From positions 61,095 through 125,094 of the forward strand of contig CAZZBK010000001.1 of NCBI GenBank assembly GCA_964652155.1: a DNA stretch of 64,000 nt, given 5' to 3'. The DNA comes from an uncultured Planctomycetaceae bacterium (GTDB lineage: Bacteria; Planctomycetota; Planctomycetia; Pirellulales; PNKZ01). A model generated the notes under the pieces. That model saw nothing but the letters and a program-made list of their open reading frames with translations. It made no database searches and was not told where the DNA came from. Shown here in pieces: positions 54,296 to 63,008 of the stretch (its first letter is position 1; every line of letters begins with the position of its first letter). Both the position numbers and the translations under genes were made by a program.

Positions 54296-57200
54296 ACCGA
54301 TGTTTTGCAGTCACCTTCGTCGCGCTGACACTGTTCCTGGCGGCGGAACCCAGCCTGGCTCAGACGAACATCGGCATCGACGTTGTCAAGCGGCGGCAAG
54401 AAACCCAGCAACGGGCTCGGGAGTTGACGCGCGAACTCGTCGGCGGGGTGCTCGAAGTGCAGATGGAGCAGCTTGAGGAGAACGGGCTCGACGACATGCC
54501 GCTGTACCGCGACATCAAGCAAATGCGTGCCAACCTCGACGGCCTGGTCGAGGCCGAGATGGCCGAGGTCGTCCATACGCTGGTCAAAGCTCAGCAAGCG
54601 CCCAGCGATCAGCGCGAGCCCTTGTTCCTCGACGCGCGACAAAAGATTCGCGAGATCGTGGTGCGGTTGGCCGTCGAGCGGCAGAACCTGTTGCGCCGGT
54701 TGAAAAACGCCGAACTGGCCGGCCAGGTCCGCCGCCTCATCGAGCGCGAAACGATCGTGCATCAGCTCACGGAAAACATTCCACAGTTGCCCCAAGGACA
54801 AAAAGAAACCGCGCTCGTCGACGCGATTCAGGATCAGCGCGACGTCAAGGCGTTGTTCGTGTCATTTGTGACCACGCTGCAAGACGTGCGGTCGTGGGGA
54901 GGCGAGGTCGGGCGCGGCGCGGCCGACGCGATGGATATCCTGCAAGCGGCTCAAATCGGCGCGTCGCTCGATCGGGCCGCCGTCTCGATGGAAGGGTCCC
55001 AATGGCTCGAATCGCGACAATCGCAACTGGCCGTCTTGCGCGGTCTGCAATTGCTGCTCGAACGGATCGAGGCCACGCAGGGGTTGCTCAGCGCCGATCG
55101 CGAAGCAGCGTTGGAACTCGTCCGCGAACTGCGTGAACGTCAAGAAAAGGTCACCGAGGCGACCAAGAAATCACCCCTCAACGATGAAACCTCCGCGCCG
55201 CTCGTCGATCGGCAATTGGCGGTCCAAAAAGACCTGGGCCATCTGCCGCAGCTCCTCAAGCAATCGCCCGGTTTGTTGAACCATGTCGAGCAGGCGCGCA
55301 AATCAGCGGCCGAATCGGCCGACAAGCTGTTTCAGAACGAGCGCGAGTCGGCGGTTGCCGCGCAGCAGGACATTGCCCGCAATCTGCAAGAGTTGGAACG
55401 TCGATTGATGGACGACGTGGTGCAGGCGTCGCCCGATCGCAGCGCGGCCGAGTTGAAGCGCGAGGTGTCGGATCTGCAAAAGCTGCAAAAGGAGCTACAG
55501 TCGGCGCGGCAAAAAACGCTTGCCGCGCGTCAGCAGTTGCCACAGGACCGTGCCCAGGCGCGGCAGACGACCAAGCAAGCCGCGACTGATCTCGACACGG
55601 CGACCGACGGCAAGCAGTTGCCCAATATCGTCCGCGCTCGCACCGAGGAAGCGGCCGATGCGGCCGACACCGCCCGCGAGTCACTCGAATCCACCGAGAC
55701 CGCCATGCCCGAGGCGAGCAACAAGCTCGCCGAGGCCGACAAGGCGATCGAACGCGCGATGGCCGAGACGAACGTAGCATTGGCCGACGCCACGCGGCGC
55801 CAGTTGGCGGTCGAGGCCGGTGAGCTAGCGCGCGCGGCCGAGGCGCTCGAGCGTGCCGCGGCATCGGAGCGCGAGATCGCCCAGCAGTTGACGAACAAGC
55901 CCGAGCCGGGCGACGAGCCCCCCTCGGCCCAGAAGATGGCCCAAGAGCAGGCCGCCGTGCAGCAGGTGTTGCAAAAGGTGAACGAGGCGACGAAGGACTT
56001 GGCACCCGCCGCGCAAAGCGATCTGGCGCAGGCCCAAAAGCTCTCCGAGCCATTGGAGAAGCAGCTCGCCGCGCTAGCCGACAAGCCAGCCGACGCGCCG
56101 GAGAAAGCCGCGGCCGCCAAGCAAGCGACTGCGACCGCTCAGAAGATCAGCGTCGCGGCCGACAAACTGCGGCAGCAATTGGGACAGACCGCCCAAAAGC
56201 TCGCCGCCGAAGCGCAACGGCAGTTGAACCAAGTCGCGCCGTTACGACAGGCGGTCGAGGATTTGGCGACGAAGAAACCGTCCGCGCTGGCCGAACAGTT
56301 GGAAAAGGTCGAGGCCGCGCAGTCACTTGTGCAGCAAGCTCAGGCCAAGCAGAACGTGGCCCAGGGGAAGCAAGCCTTGGGGCAGGCCCAGGAAAAGCTG
56401 GCCGCACTCGACCGCGCGCTCGCACGTCAGGCCGAGGCCGACCAGGCGGCAGAAGAGGTTGCCCAAGGCCGCGCCGATTCGCCGCTCGACGCCGCGGTGC
56501 GGCAACAGCGGGCCGCCGAAGAGGTGGCCAAAGCGGCAGCCGACCCGATGGCCGATCCGGCTCTTTCGCCAGCCAAGCAGCAGGCCGAGGCCGCTGCCCG
56601 GCAGTTGCTCGACGGCAACCAGCGAGGCGCGAAGCAAGCGCGTCGCGAGGTGCGCAAGGCACTCGAAGAGGCGAAGAAGAATGCCCAGCAACAAGTTGCT
56701 CAAGCCGCTCAGGAACCCGCCGGCAAGCCCGATGCTCAGGCCCAACGCGATGTGAGCGAACTGGTCGCCAAGGCGCAAGAGGCGACTCGACCCGCCGCGA
56801 CCGAAGCCGAACCCACGCTTGCCCAGGCGGGCGAACAGAGCAATCAGGCTTCCAAGCAACTTGCCGCCAACAAACCTTCGGAAGCGACGCAGCCCCAGCA
56901 GGCCACCGCAGCCGCGCTTGACGAGGCAGCCAAGCAATTGTCGGCCAAGCGTAACGAGCTGGCCCAAGCCGTGAAGAACGCCATGACCGAGCAACGCAAA
57001 CAGGCTGCCGAATTGGCGCGACAAGCCGTGGGAGTCGACTCGGTTGCTCAAGCCGCGCTCCGCGAGGCCGAGAAGTCGTCCGATCCGCAATCCGGACGCA
57101 ACACCCCTGCCGCCGCCGAGTCCGCCGCCGAGGCGATGCAAGAAGAGGTCGCCGAGAAGCTCGCGAAATTGCAGGGAGCCAAGGCCAAAACGCGCGAGGC

Positions 57201-58959
57201 GATGTATGAGCAATTGAAGGCGATGGGTCAAAGCGAACGCGCCTCCGCGCAGCGTGCCGTCGACGAGATTGCCGGCGTGATGAAACAGCAACAGGCCGCC
57301 CAGGCCGCCATGTCCCCGGCAGACGATCAACCGCAAGCCAACGATGCCGCGGCCGCCAAGCAGCGTCAAGTTGCCAAGGCCGCCGCCCGCGCCGCTGACG
57401 AACTCGCCAAGCAAGCCGAGAAAGAAAAGTCGGCTACGGTCGAGGCGGGCAAGCATTTGCAGAAGGCGGCCGAGGCCGCCCAGCGTGCCGCTGAACGATT
57501 GGCTGACGGTCGCAACGACGATGCCGAGTCGGCCCAAAAAGACGTTCAGCAGGCCCTGGCCGACGCCTCGAAAGAAGCCCTCCGCGCCGCGCAAGAAGCC
57601 GCCGCTCAAGCGCCCCAGAAAGCCGACTTGAGAGCGCAGCGCAAGGCCATCGACGCCACGCACAAAGCCGCCGAGATGGCTGCGGGCGAAGCCCAAGACG
57701 CCTCTCGTAAACTGGGACAGGCCGAGTCGGCAGGCAAGAACGCCGAGCGACAGATCGCCGCCGGCAAAGAGGCCGAAGGGCGTGACGATCAACGCAAGTC
57801 GCTTGATGCGCTGGAGCAATCGCTCGCCGATCTTGATACGCGCCAGCAACAACTCGAACAACAGCAACAGCAGTTGGCACAGACTGCGGTGCCCCCCATG
57901 ACACCGCCGTCGGCCGCGAAAAGCACGCCCCCCGCGACACCGCCGTCGGCGGCCGCCATGCAAGCCGCGGCTCAAAAGGCGGGCGAGGCCGTCGAGCGCG
58001 CCGCCGCCACACTGCACGAGCGCGAGCAGCGCGTGCGACAAGATCAGGCGCTGGCCGAAGAGGTCCGCAAAGCAGCCGAGGCGCAGCGCGATGCCGCGCA
58101 GCAAATCGCTGACGCGCGCACCACATTGCAGAGCATGGCCGGTGGCGCGCCAGGCGACATGCCGCCGATGAACGCGCCCAACGGCAAGCCAGGTCAGCCC
58201 ATGCCCGCTGGCAAGCCGATGAGTGGTAGCCCCGGCAAGCCAACACCCGAACAGGCAGCGCAGGCGGCCGATCAACTGGCGCAGGCGGTCGACAACTTCG
58301 CTCAGGCTCAACAATCGATCGGCGAAGCCGCTGAGCAGATTTCGGGCCAGCAGCAGGTCGCGAACCCGCCGCTGCGCGAGGCGCTTGAGATTGCATCGAC
58401 TCTGATGCCCGAGACGGCCACCCCCATGCCAGGCGATGAAAACGGCGCAGGAACACCGGTCCCTGCGCAGGGGCCCTCGAATCCTCAATCGGCGGGTCCA
58501 GGGCAAGCTGACAAGGGCTCGCCGCCACCGGCCCCAGGACAGCTGGGCACGAATCTAGTGCCCGCCTCGCCCGAGGCCACGGCCCAGATGATGGCCGGCA
58601 AGGCGGCGCTGGAACAGATGGCCGCCGCGCAAGGCCGCTCGCCCGAGTCCACCAATCGTCCGCAAGACGCTCAAGGCCAGCCCAACGCGCAGCAAGCATC
58701 GGCTCAGTCGCAGCCCAAGTCCAACGCGCAGAACCCGCTCGACGGCGTCTCGCCTCCGAACAGCACGCCTGCCGAGAAGGGCAAAGCCGCTGGCAAGGAC
58801 ACTGGGGAGCAGGCGCTGACGCTGCGCAACTTTGAGGATCAGCCGTGGTTCATGAAGTTGCCGGCCGAAACCCGCGCCGCGATCCGCGCTCAGGCGCAAC
58901 GCTCGCCCCCGCGCGGCTATGAAGAGCGGCTCAAGCGTTATTTCCGCAGCGTCGAGTAA
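54292..58959 (+). CDS. Giant secreted Ala/Gln/Glu/Lys-rich predicted coiled-coil protein (possibly DUF4175-related)
   Basis: It has an ATGA overlap with the upstream gene (54292-54295) and a signal peptide (FVALTLFLAAEPSLAQ). More than 1300 aa are low-complexity helical-looking sequence. This is followed by a Pro/Gly-rich segment and a distinct C-terminal block, FEDQPWFMKLPAETRAAIRAQAQRSPPRGYEERLKRYFRSVE. Confidence 0.75.
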   Translation: MNRCFAVTFVALTLFLAAEPSLAQTNIGIDVVKRRQETQQRARELTRELVGGVLEVQMEQLEENGLDDMPLYRDIKQMRANLDGLVEAEMAEVVHTLVKAQQAPSDQREPLFLDARQKIREIVVRLAVERQNLLRRLKNAELAGQVRRLIERETIVHQLTENIPQLPQGQKETALVDAIQDQRDVKALFVSFVTTLQDVRSWGGEVGRGAADAMDILQAAQIGASLDRAAVSMEGSQWLESRQSQLAVLRGLQLLLERIEATQGLLSADREAALELVRELRERQEKVTEATKKSPLNDETSAPLVDRQLAVQKDLGHLPQLLKQSPGLLNHVEQARKSAAESADKLFQNERESAVAAQQDIARNLQELERRLMDDVVQASPDRSAAELKREVSDLQKLQKELQSARQKTLAARQQLPQDRAQARQTTKQAATDLDTATDGKQLPNIVRARTEEAADAADTARESLESTETAMPEASNKLAEADKAIERAMAETNVALADATRRQLAVEAGELARAAEALERAAASEREIAQQLTNKPEPGDEPPSAQKMAQEQAAVQQVLQKVNEATKDLAPAAQSDLAQAQKLSEPLEKQLAALADKPADAPEKAAAAKQATATAQKISVAADKLRQQLGQTAQKLAAEAQRQLNQVAPLRQAVEDLATKKPSALAEQLEKVEAAQSLVQQAQAKQNVAQGKQALGQAQEKLAALDRALARQAEADQAAEEVAQGRADSPLDAAVRQQRAAEEVAKAAADPMADPALSPAKQQAEAAARQLLDGNQRGAKQARREVRKALEEAKKNAQQQVAQAAQEPAGKPDAQAQRDVSELVAKAQEATRPAATEAEPTLAQAGEQSNQASKQLAANKPSEATQPQQATAAALDEAAKQLSAKRNELAQAVKNAMTEQRKQAAELARQAVGVDSVAQAALREAEKSSDPQSGRNTPAAAESAAEAMQEEVAEKLAKLQGAKAKTREAMYEQLKAMGQSERASAQRAVDEIAGVMKQQQAAQAAMSPADDQPQANDAAAAKQRQVAKAAARAADELAKQAEKEKSATVEAGKHLQKAAEAAQRAAERLADGRNDDAESAQKDVQQALADASKEALRAAQEAAAQAPQKADLRAQRKAIDATHKAAEMAAGEAQDASRKLGQAESAGKNAERQIAAGKEAEGRDDQRKSLDALEQSLADLDTRQQQLEQQQQQLAQTAVPPMTPPSAAKSTPPATPPSAAAMQAAAQKAGEAVERAAATLHEREQRVRQDQALAEEVRKAAEAQRDAAQQIADARTTLQSMAGGAPGDMPPMNAPNGKPGQPMPAGKPMSGSPGKPTPEQAAQAADQLAQAVDNFAQAQQSIGEAAEQISGQQQVANPPLREALEIASTLMPETATPMPGDENGAGTPVPAQGPSNPQSAGPGQADKGSPPPAPGQLGTNLVPASPEATAQMMAGKAALEQMAAAQGRSPESTNRPQDAQGQPNAQQASAQSQPKSNAQNPLDGVSPPNSTPAEKGKAAGKDTGEQALTLRNFEDQPWFMKLPAETRAAIRAQAQRSPPRGYEERLKRYFRSVE

Positions 58960-59021
58960 CCTCGTGGCTGCCACTGATTCCATAATCGACACCCCAGATT
59001 GACCTCCAGGAGACTGCCCGA

Positions 59022-60050
59022 GTGAGTGCCGAGCCCCCCGCCGACGACGTCGCGATCGTCACCCAGTGCGAAGCGTCGTACAATCGCATTCGCGACGAAT
59101 TGGCCAAAACGATTGTCGGCCAGGACGAGGTGATCGAACAAACCCTGATCGCCATGCTCGCGCGTGGCCACGCGCTGCTCGAAGGGGTGCCGGGGCTCGC
59201 CAAAACGTTGCTGGTCAACTCGCTCGCACAGGCATTGCACCTGACGTTCAAACGCATTCAGTTCACGCCCGACCTGATGCCCAGCGACATCACCGGCACG
59301 GACATTATTCAAGAAGACCTCAACACGGGCGAACGGCAATACAAGTTCCTGGCTGGTCCATTGTTCGCCAACCTCATTCTGGCCGACGAAATCAACCGCA
59401 CGCCACCCAAGACGCAGGCGGCCATGCTCGAGGCGATGCAAGAGCGGCAGGTGAGCGCCGGCGGCAAGGTCCACATGCTGCCGCAACCTTTCTTCGTCCT
59501 GGCCACGCAAAACCCACTCGAACAGGAAGGGACCTACCCGCTCCCCGAGGCCCAGTTGGACCGCTTCCTGTTGCACATCCGTCTCGACTATCCAGACGGC
59601 GCGTCCGAATGGGACATCGCCCGGCGGGTGACCACGGGCCAGCTCGGCGGCATCGCGCCGGTGCTCACGCACGAAGAGATCATCAACTTCCAGAACCTTG
59701 TCACCCGCGTGCCGGTCAGCGATCAGGTGCTCGGCTACGCCTGGGCACTGGTGCGCTCGAGTCGTCCCAATACGCCCGAAGCCCCTGAGTGCGTCAATCG
59801 TTGGGTCAGTTGGGGGGCGGGCCCCCGCGGTCTGTTGACGCTCGTCTCGTGCGCCAAGGCGCGGGCCGTGCTCTACGGTCGTTACCATGCCACGGTGGGC
59901 GATATCCAGGCGGTTATCAAACCCGCCCTGCGACACCGTATCGCTTGCAACTACGCGGCCCAAGCGGCCGGCGTGGCGAGCGATCAGGTGATTAGCGAGT
60001 TGATGAATGCCGTACCGGCCGACCGGAAGTACGAACGGCCCGCCGCCTGA
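59022..60050 (+). CDS. moxR: MoxR-family AAA+ ATPase
   Basis: It starts at a GTG with an AGGAG 9 nt upstream (59008-59012). It has Walker A GVPGLAKT, FTPDLMPSDITGT, and Walker B with the MoxR signature LILADEINRTPPKTQAAMLEAMQERQVS. Confidence 0.92.
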   Translation: MSAEPPADDVAIVTQCEASYNRIRDELAKTIVGQDEVIEQTLIAMLARGHALLEGVPGLAKTLLVNSLAQALHLTFKRIQFTPDLMPSDITGTDIIQEDLNTGERQYKFLAGPLFANLILADEINRTPPKTQAAMLEAMQERQVSAGGKVHMLPQPFFVLATQNPLEQEGTYPLPEAQLDRFLLHIRLDYPDGASEWDIARRVTTGQLGGIAPVLTHEEIINFQNLVTRVPVSDQVLGYAWALVRSSRPNTPEAPECVNRWVSWGAGPRGLLTLVSCAKARAVLYGRYHATVGDIQAVIKPALRHRIACNYAAQAAGVASDQVISELMNAVPADRKYERPAA

Positions 60051-60070
60051 TGAAACGTGACGAGTGATTC

Positions 60071-60976
60071 ATGACTGCAAGCAGCGTTTTGGCACGGTAT
60101 CTGGACCCGGTCACCCTGAGCCGGCTCGCGCAGCAGCGGTTAGAGCCGCGCGGGTTGGTGCTCGGCAATCTGGCGGGGGCGCACAAGTCGCCGCTGAGCG
60201 GGTTCGCCGTGGAGTTTGCCGGCCATCGCGAGTACGTGCCCGGCGACGATCCTCGGCACGTCGATTGGCGCGTGTATTTCCGCCGCGATAAATACTTTGT
60301 CAAGCAATATGAGATGGAGACGAACTTCGTCTGCCATTTGGCGCTCGACTGCAGCGCGTCGATGCGCTATGGCGAAGGGGACCAGCAAAAGTTCCTTTAC
60401 GGCGCGCGGCTGCTCACCACGCTCGGCCACCGCATCATTCAAGAACGAGACAAAGCGGCCTTCGCGCTGTTCGATGACGAACTACGCGAGTTCGTGCCCC
60501 CTGCCAACTCGATGGGGCAAATCCTGCGGTTGGTCGATCACCTGGGCTCGTATGAAGCGCGACACAAAACCGATCTGTCGGCGAGCCTCAATGCCTTGGT
60601 AAGCCGCACGTCGCGCCGCGAGATCGTGATGGTCGTGAGCGACTTCCTCACCGACGTCGCCGCGCTCGAGCCGGTTATTCAGCAACTGCGTTACCAGCGG
60701 CACGAGATCGTGTTCTTTCAAGTGTTGCATCACGATGAACTCGTGTTTCCGTTCGACGGCAGCACGCGCTTTTTGGGGCTCGAACTGGCGGACGAAATCC
60801 TCACGCAGCCCCACGAACTGCGGCGCGAGTACCTGCGCGCGCTCGAGGCCCATCAGGACACGTTTCGGGCCATCTGCGACCGCAATCGAGTCGAGCACGT
60901 CCTGATCGACACGAGCCGCGACATGGCCGCCTCGTTGATCGACTATCTGAACCAGCGCAGCCGCCGCCGCCGATAA
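60071..60976 (+). CDS. DUF58 domain protein (vWA-like MoxR partner)
   Basis: SGFAVEFAGHREYVPGDDPRHVDWRVYFRRDKYFVKQYEMETN is the canonical DUF58 core. The gene lies 20 nt downstream of moxR. Confidence 0.9.
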   Translation: MTASSVLARYLDPVTLSRLAQQRLEPRGLVLGNLAGAHKSPLSGFAVEFAGHREYVPGDDPRHVDWRVYFRRDKYFVKQYEMETNFVCHLALDCSASMRYGEGDQQKFLYGARLLTTLGHRIIQERDKAAFALFDDELREFVPPANSMGQILRLVDHLGSYEARHKTDLSASLNALVSRTSRREIVMVVSDFLTDVAALEPVIQQLRYQRHEIVFFQVLHHDELVFPFDGSTRFLGLELADEILTQPHELRREYLRALEAHQDTFRAICDRNRVEHVLIDTSRDMAASLIDYLNQRSRRRR

Positions 60977-61043
60977 TGGACGCCGTCGGGTGAAACTTTG
61001 TGCGAGCAACCGAGGTAGAATCGAGCGAGCATATCTGTCTGGT

Positions 61044-61049
61044 TATAAT
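61044..61049 (+). promoter_or_regulatory. Candidate -10 hexamer (TATAAT) upstream of repeat copy B and the redoxin gene
   Basis: There is a perfect TATAAT in an otherwise GC-rich spacer, but no convincing -35 at 17-nt spacing. Copy A has TTTTAT at the equivalent position (16810-16815). Confidence 0.25.
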
Positions 61050-61068
61050 CGCGGACTGCGCAGTTAAT

Positions 61069-61151
61069 GAACCAGGGCGACCCACGGAAGCCTGGTGTTT
61101 CCCGGCCTCGCGATGCTCGCCGGGACTCATTTGCCGCGCAGGCCTCAATAG
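61069..61151 (+). repeat. Copy B of the conserved two-hairpin element, located in the 5' leader of the redoxin gene
   Basis: It is 74/83 nt identical to 16835-16917. Hairpin 1 is CCAGG(61072-61076)/CCTGG(61091-61095). Hairpin 2 is CCCGGC(61101-61106)/GCCGGG(61119-61124). It ends in the AGGAG Shine-Dalgarno (61150-61154), 6 nt before the ATG at 61161. Confidence 0.6.
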
Positions 61152-61160
61152 GAGCAGCGC

Positions 61161-61742
61161 ATGTTCCGCTATCTACTCACATTTGGTTTGCTATCGCTCG
61201 TTTGTGTCGTGTCGCGCGCCGCGGAGCCGGTCGTGCTGCGCGGCCCCCTCGTTGATCTCGACGGCCGAGAACACTCGCTCGCCTCTCCCATCAAAGACAA
61301 CGTGACGGTGCTCCTTTTTCTGGGCACCGAGTGCCCGGTCTCGAACGGCTACGCCCCCGAGTACCAACGCCAGGCGACGAGTTACGCGGACCGTGGCGTC
61401 CGGTATTATGGCCTGCACTGCGATCCGGACGTGTCGGCCGAGGTGGCACGAAAACACGCTCAAGAGTACGGCCTGAAATTCCCGCTGGCGCTCGATCATG
61501 CCCAGCATTGGGCGCGCTCGGCCGGCGTGCAAACCGTGCCCACCGCCGTGGTGCTCAACGCACGGGGAGAGATCGTGTATCGCGGGCGGATCGACAATCG
61601 TTACACGCTCGAAGGCAAACGCCGCGTCGAGGCGACCGAGCACGAATTGCGCGACGCGGTCACGGCGGCACTCGATGGGCGTGCTCCTAAAGTGGCCCAG
61701 ACGCCCGTCTTCGGTTGCCCACTGCCTCGGCGACGCGATTAA
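61161..61742 (+). CDS. Secreted thioredoxin-fold redoxin (AhpC/TSA-like) protein
   Basis: It has a signal peptide and the segment VTVLLFLGTECPVSNGYAPEY (redoxin active-site region with a single Cys), followed by VPTAVVLNARGEIVYRGRIDN. Confidence 0.7.
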   Translation: MFRYLLTFGLLSLVCVVSRAAEPVVLRGPLVDLDGREHSLASPIKDNVTVLLFLGTECPVSNGYAPEYQRQATSYADRGVRYYGLHCDPDVSAEVARKHAQEYGLKFPLALDHAQHWARSAGVQTVPTAVVLNARGEIVYRGRIDNRYTLEGKRRVEATEHELRDAVTAALDGRAPKVAQTPVFGCPLPRRRD

Positions 61743-62116
61743 CGGTCGAGCAAGTGTTGGATCAGCGCTTGGTTGGCCGGCGGAAACTCATGCTCGGCCA
61801 ATTCGACTCGCGCCACCCAGCGAAAGGGGGGCTGCAGCGCCTGTTCGGGATCAACGGGCGTGGCGCTGAAAAAATGCAGCCGCAGCCGGTCGTGATCGTA
61901 CTCATGCACCACGCTTGGATATGCTTCTCCGATCATCACACGCAGCCCGGTCTCTTCAAGACATTCGCGCTGGGCCGCCTGAGCAGGCGTTTCGCCCGGC
62001 TGAACTTTTCCGCCGGGAAACTCCCAGAGTCCGGCCAGCGGGACGCCCGATGGACGCAGGCCGATGAGAAACCGCTCCCGGTGCTCGACGACGGCAATGG
62101 CGATCTCGGTGGGCAT
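61739..62116 (-). CDS. mutT: NUDIX hydrolase, MutT-like (8-oxo-dGTP diphosphatase family)
   Basis: It has the Nudix box GGKVQPGETPAQAAQRECLEETGL, preceded by GLWEFPGG. Confidence 0.85.
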   Translation of the reverse strand: MPTEIAIAVVEHRERFLIGLRPSGVPLAGLWEFPGGKVQPGETPAQAAQRECLEETGLRVMIGEAYPSVVHEYDHDRLRLHFFSATPVDPEQALQPPFRWVARVELAEHEFPPANQALIQHLLDR

Positions 62117-62124
62117 CGTCGCGG

Positions 62125-62886
62125 CTACGATGGATCGTCGTCTTTGAATTTTGGCGCGGGCAACAAATCCACCCGTGGATCGTTGCCGCGCTCGTGTTTC
62201 ACATCCTTGAGTCGAGGGGAGAGCACGACCGTCACACGGGTCTTGCGCGGTGGGATGCGTTCGGTGAAGGCTTCGAACAGCAGGCCGCTATTTTCCTGGC
62301 TGCTCTTCACCGGCAAATCGAGCATGGCGGTCACGAAATTCGAGACGCAAATAAAGTCGCCATCCTCGGCTTGGTAGAACCGCTGACCTGACTGGCGATC
62401 GACCCAAAAGCCGCTGCCGGCAAAGACCCAGGGGTACTCCATTTCCTTGCCGGTCTTGCTCTGCCGTAGCCATTGCTGGGCCCGAGCTTGCTGGCGCTGT
62501 CCTTTTTCGTCGCTCCAGTACACAAGCACATCGATCTCGGTACCGGCGGCGGCTTTGTACTCGGGCAAGAATTTGACCGGGTTGCCCGCCTCGGCGCCGA
62601 CCGCAATCAGACCGGCGTGAGCGAGTTGCGCTTTGCCGTTCACGGCCACGACCGACTCGTGTTCCTTGGTGCGGCGCAAACAGGCGAACATCTCCATGGG
62701 CCCTTCACGGCGGACGATCTCGCCGACCAGAATGACCCGGCGATTTGCTTTGTCGACCCAAATTTCCTGATCGGGGGCCAGTCGCGTCAGGCCACTTGTG
62801 TCGACCGCTGGGTCGGCACCCCAGGCGGTCAGCAGCGGGCACGTAAGTGCCCAGAGCCAAACAACAAAAGCTCGGCGACGTAACAT
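62125..62886 (-). CDS. Secreted hypothetical protein (possibly YdjY-like)
   Basis: Track ORF 62125..62916. The start is likely at MLRRRAFVVWLWALTCPLLTAWG (signal peptide). My family assignment is only a weak recollection. Confidence 0.5.
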   Translation of the reverse strand: MLRRRAFVVWLWALTCPLLTAWGADPAVDTSGLTRLAPDQEIWVDKANRRVILVGEIVRREGPMEMFACLRRTKEHESVVAVNGKAQLAHAGLIAVGAEAGNPVKFLPEYKAAAGTEIDVLVYWSDEKGQRQQARAQQWLRQSKTGKEMEYPWVFAGSGFWVDRQSGQRFYQAEDGDFICVSNFVTAMLDLPVKSSQENSGLLFEAFTERIPPRKTRVTVVLSPRLKDVKHERGNDPRVDLLPAPKFKDDDPS

Positions 62887-63008
62887 GCTCGCGAATCCTT
62901 TCTCCGACGGAACCAAGACAACACAACGGGGGCCGCTTTCAGCGCTGGCCTTTGTTACCTAGAATGTGGCTTGGCCTCATCACGTAGCCATTGGGACGAT
63001 GCCCGACC

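Noticed and set aside
56323-58506. A 727-aa minus-strand ORF, with 57434..58699 and 55256..56053, antisense to the coiled-coil gene
   Set aside because: The repetitive GC-rich codons of the Ala/Gln/Glu-rich gene keep the antisense frames open. The products are Leu/Arg/Gly low-complexity strings with no start-site context.
61044-61110. Resemblance of UAUAAUCGCG...GUUUCCCGGCC to the purine riboswitch (UAUAAUCGCGUGG...GUUUCUACCGGGC)
   Set aside because: Only short strings coincide. The P2/P3 loop sequences and junction nucleotides that define the purine riboswitch are absent, and copy A lacks the UAUAAUCGCG string. I also compared mentally with the glycine, ZTP, guanidine I-III, glutamine and fluoride consensus sequences and found no convincing match.
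61067-61255. A 62-aa ORF whose N-terminus (MNQGDPRKPGVSRPRDARRDSFAAQASI) resembles part of ORF 16776..17609 (SQGDHRNPGVSRPRVARRDSFTAQASI), suggesting a conserved small protein
   Set aside because: The similarity ends with the 83-nt nucleotide repeat. The substitutions are not biased toward synonymous positions (about 3 of 9). ORF 61067 overlaps the redoxin gene out of frame, and ORF 16776 is antisense to a real gene. The conservation is at the nucleotide or RNA level.
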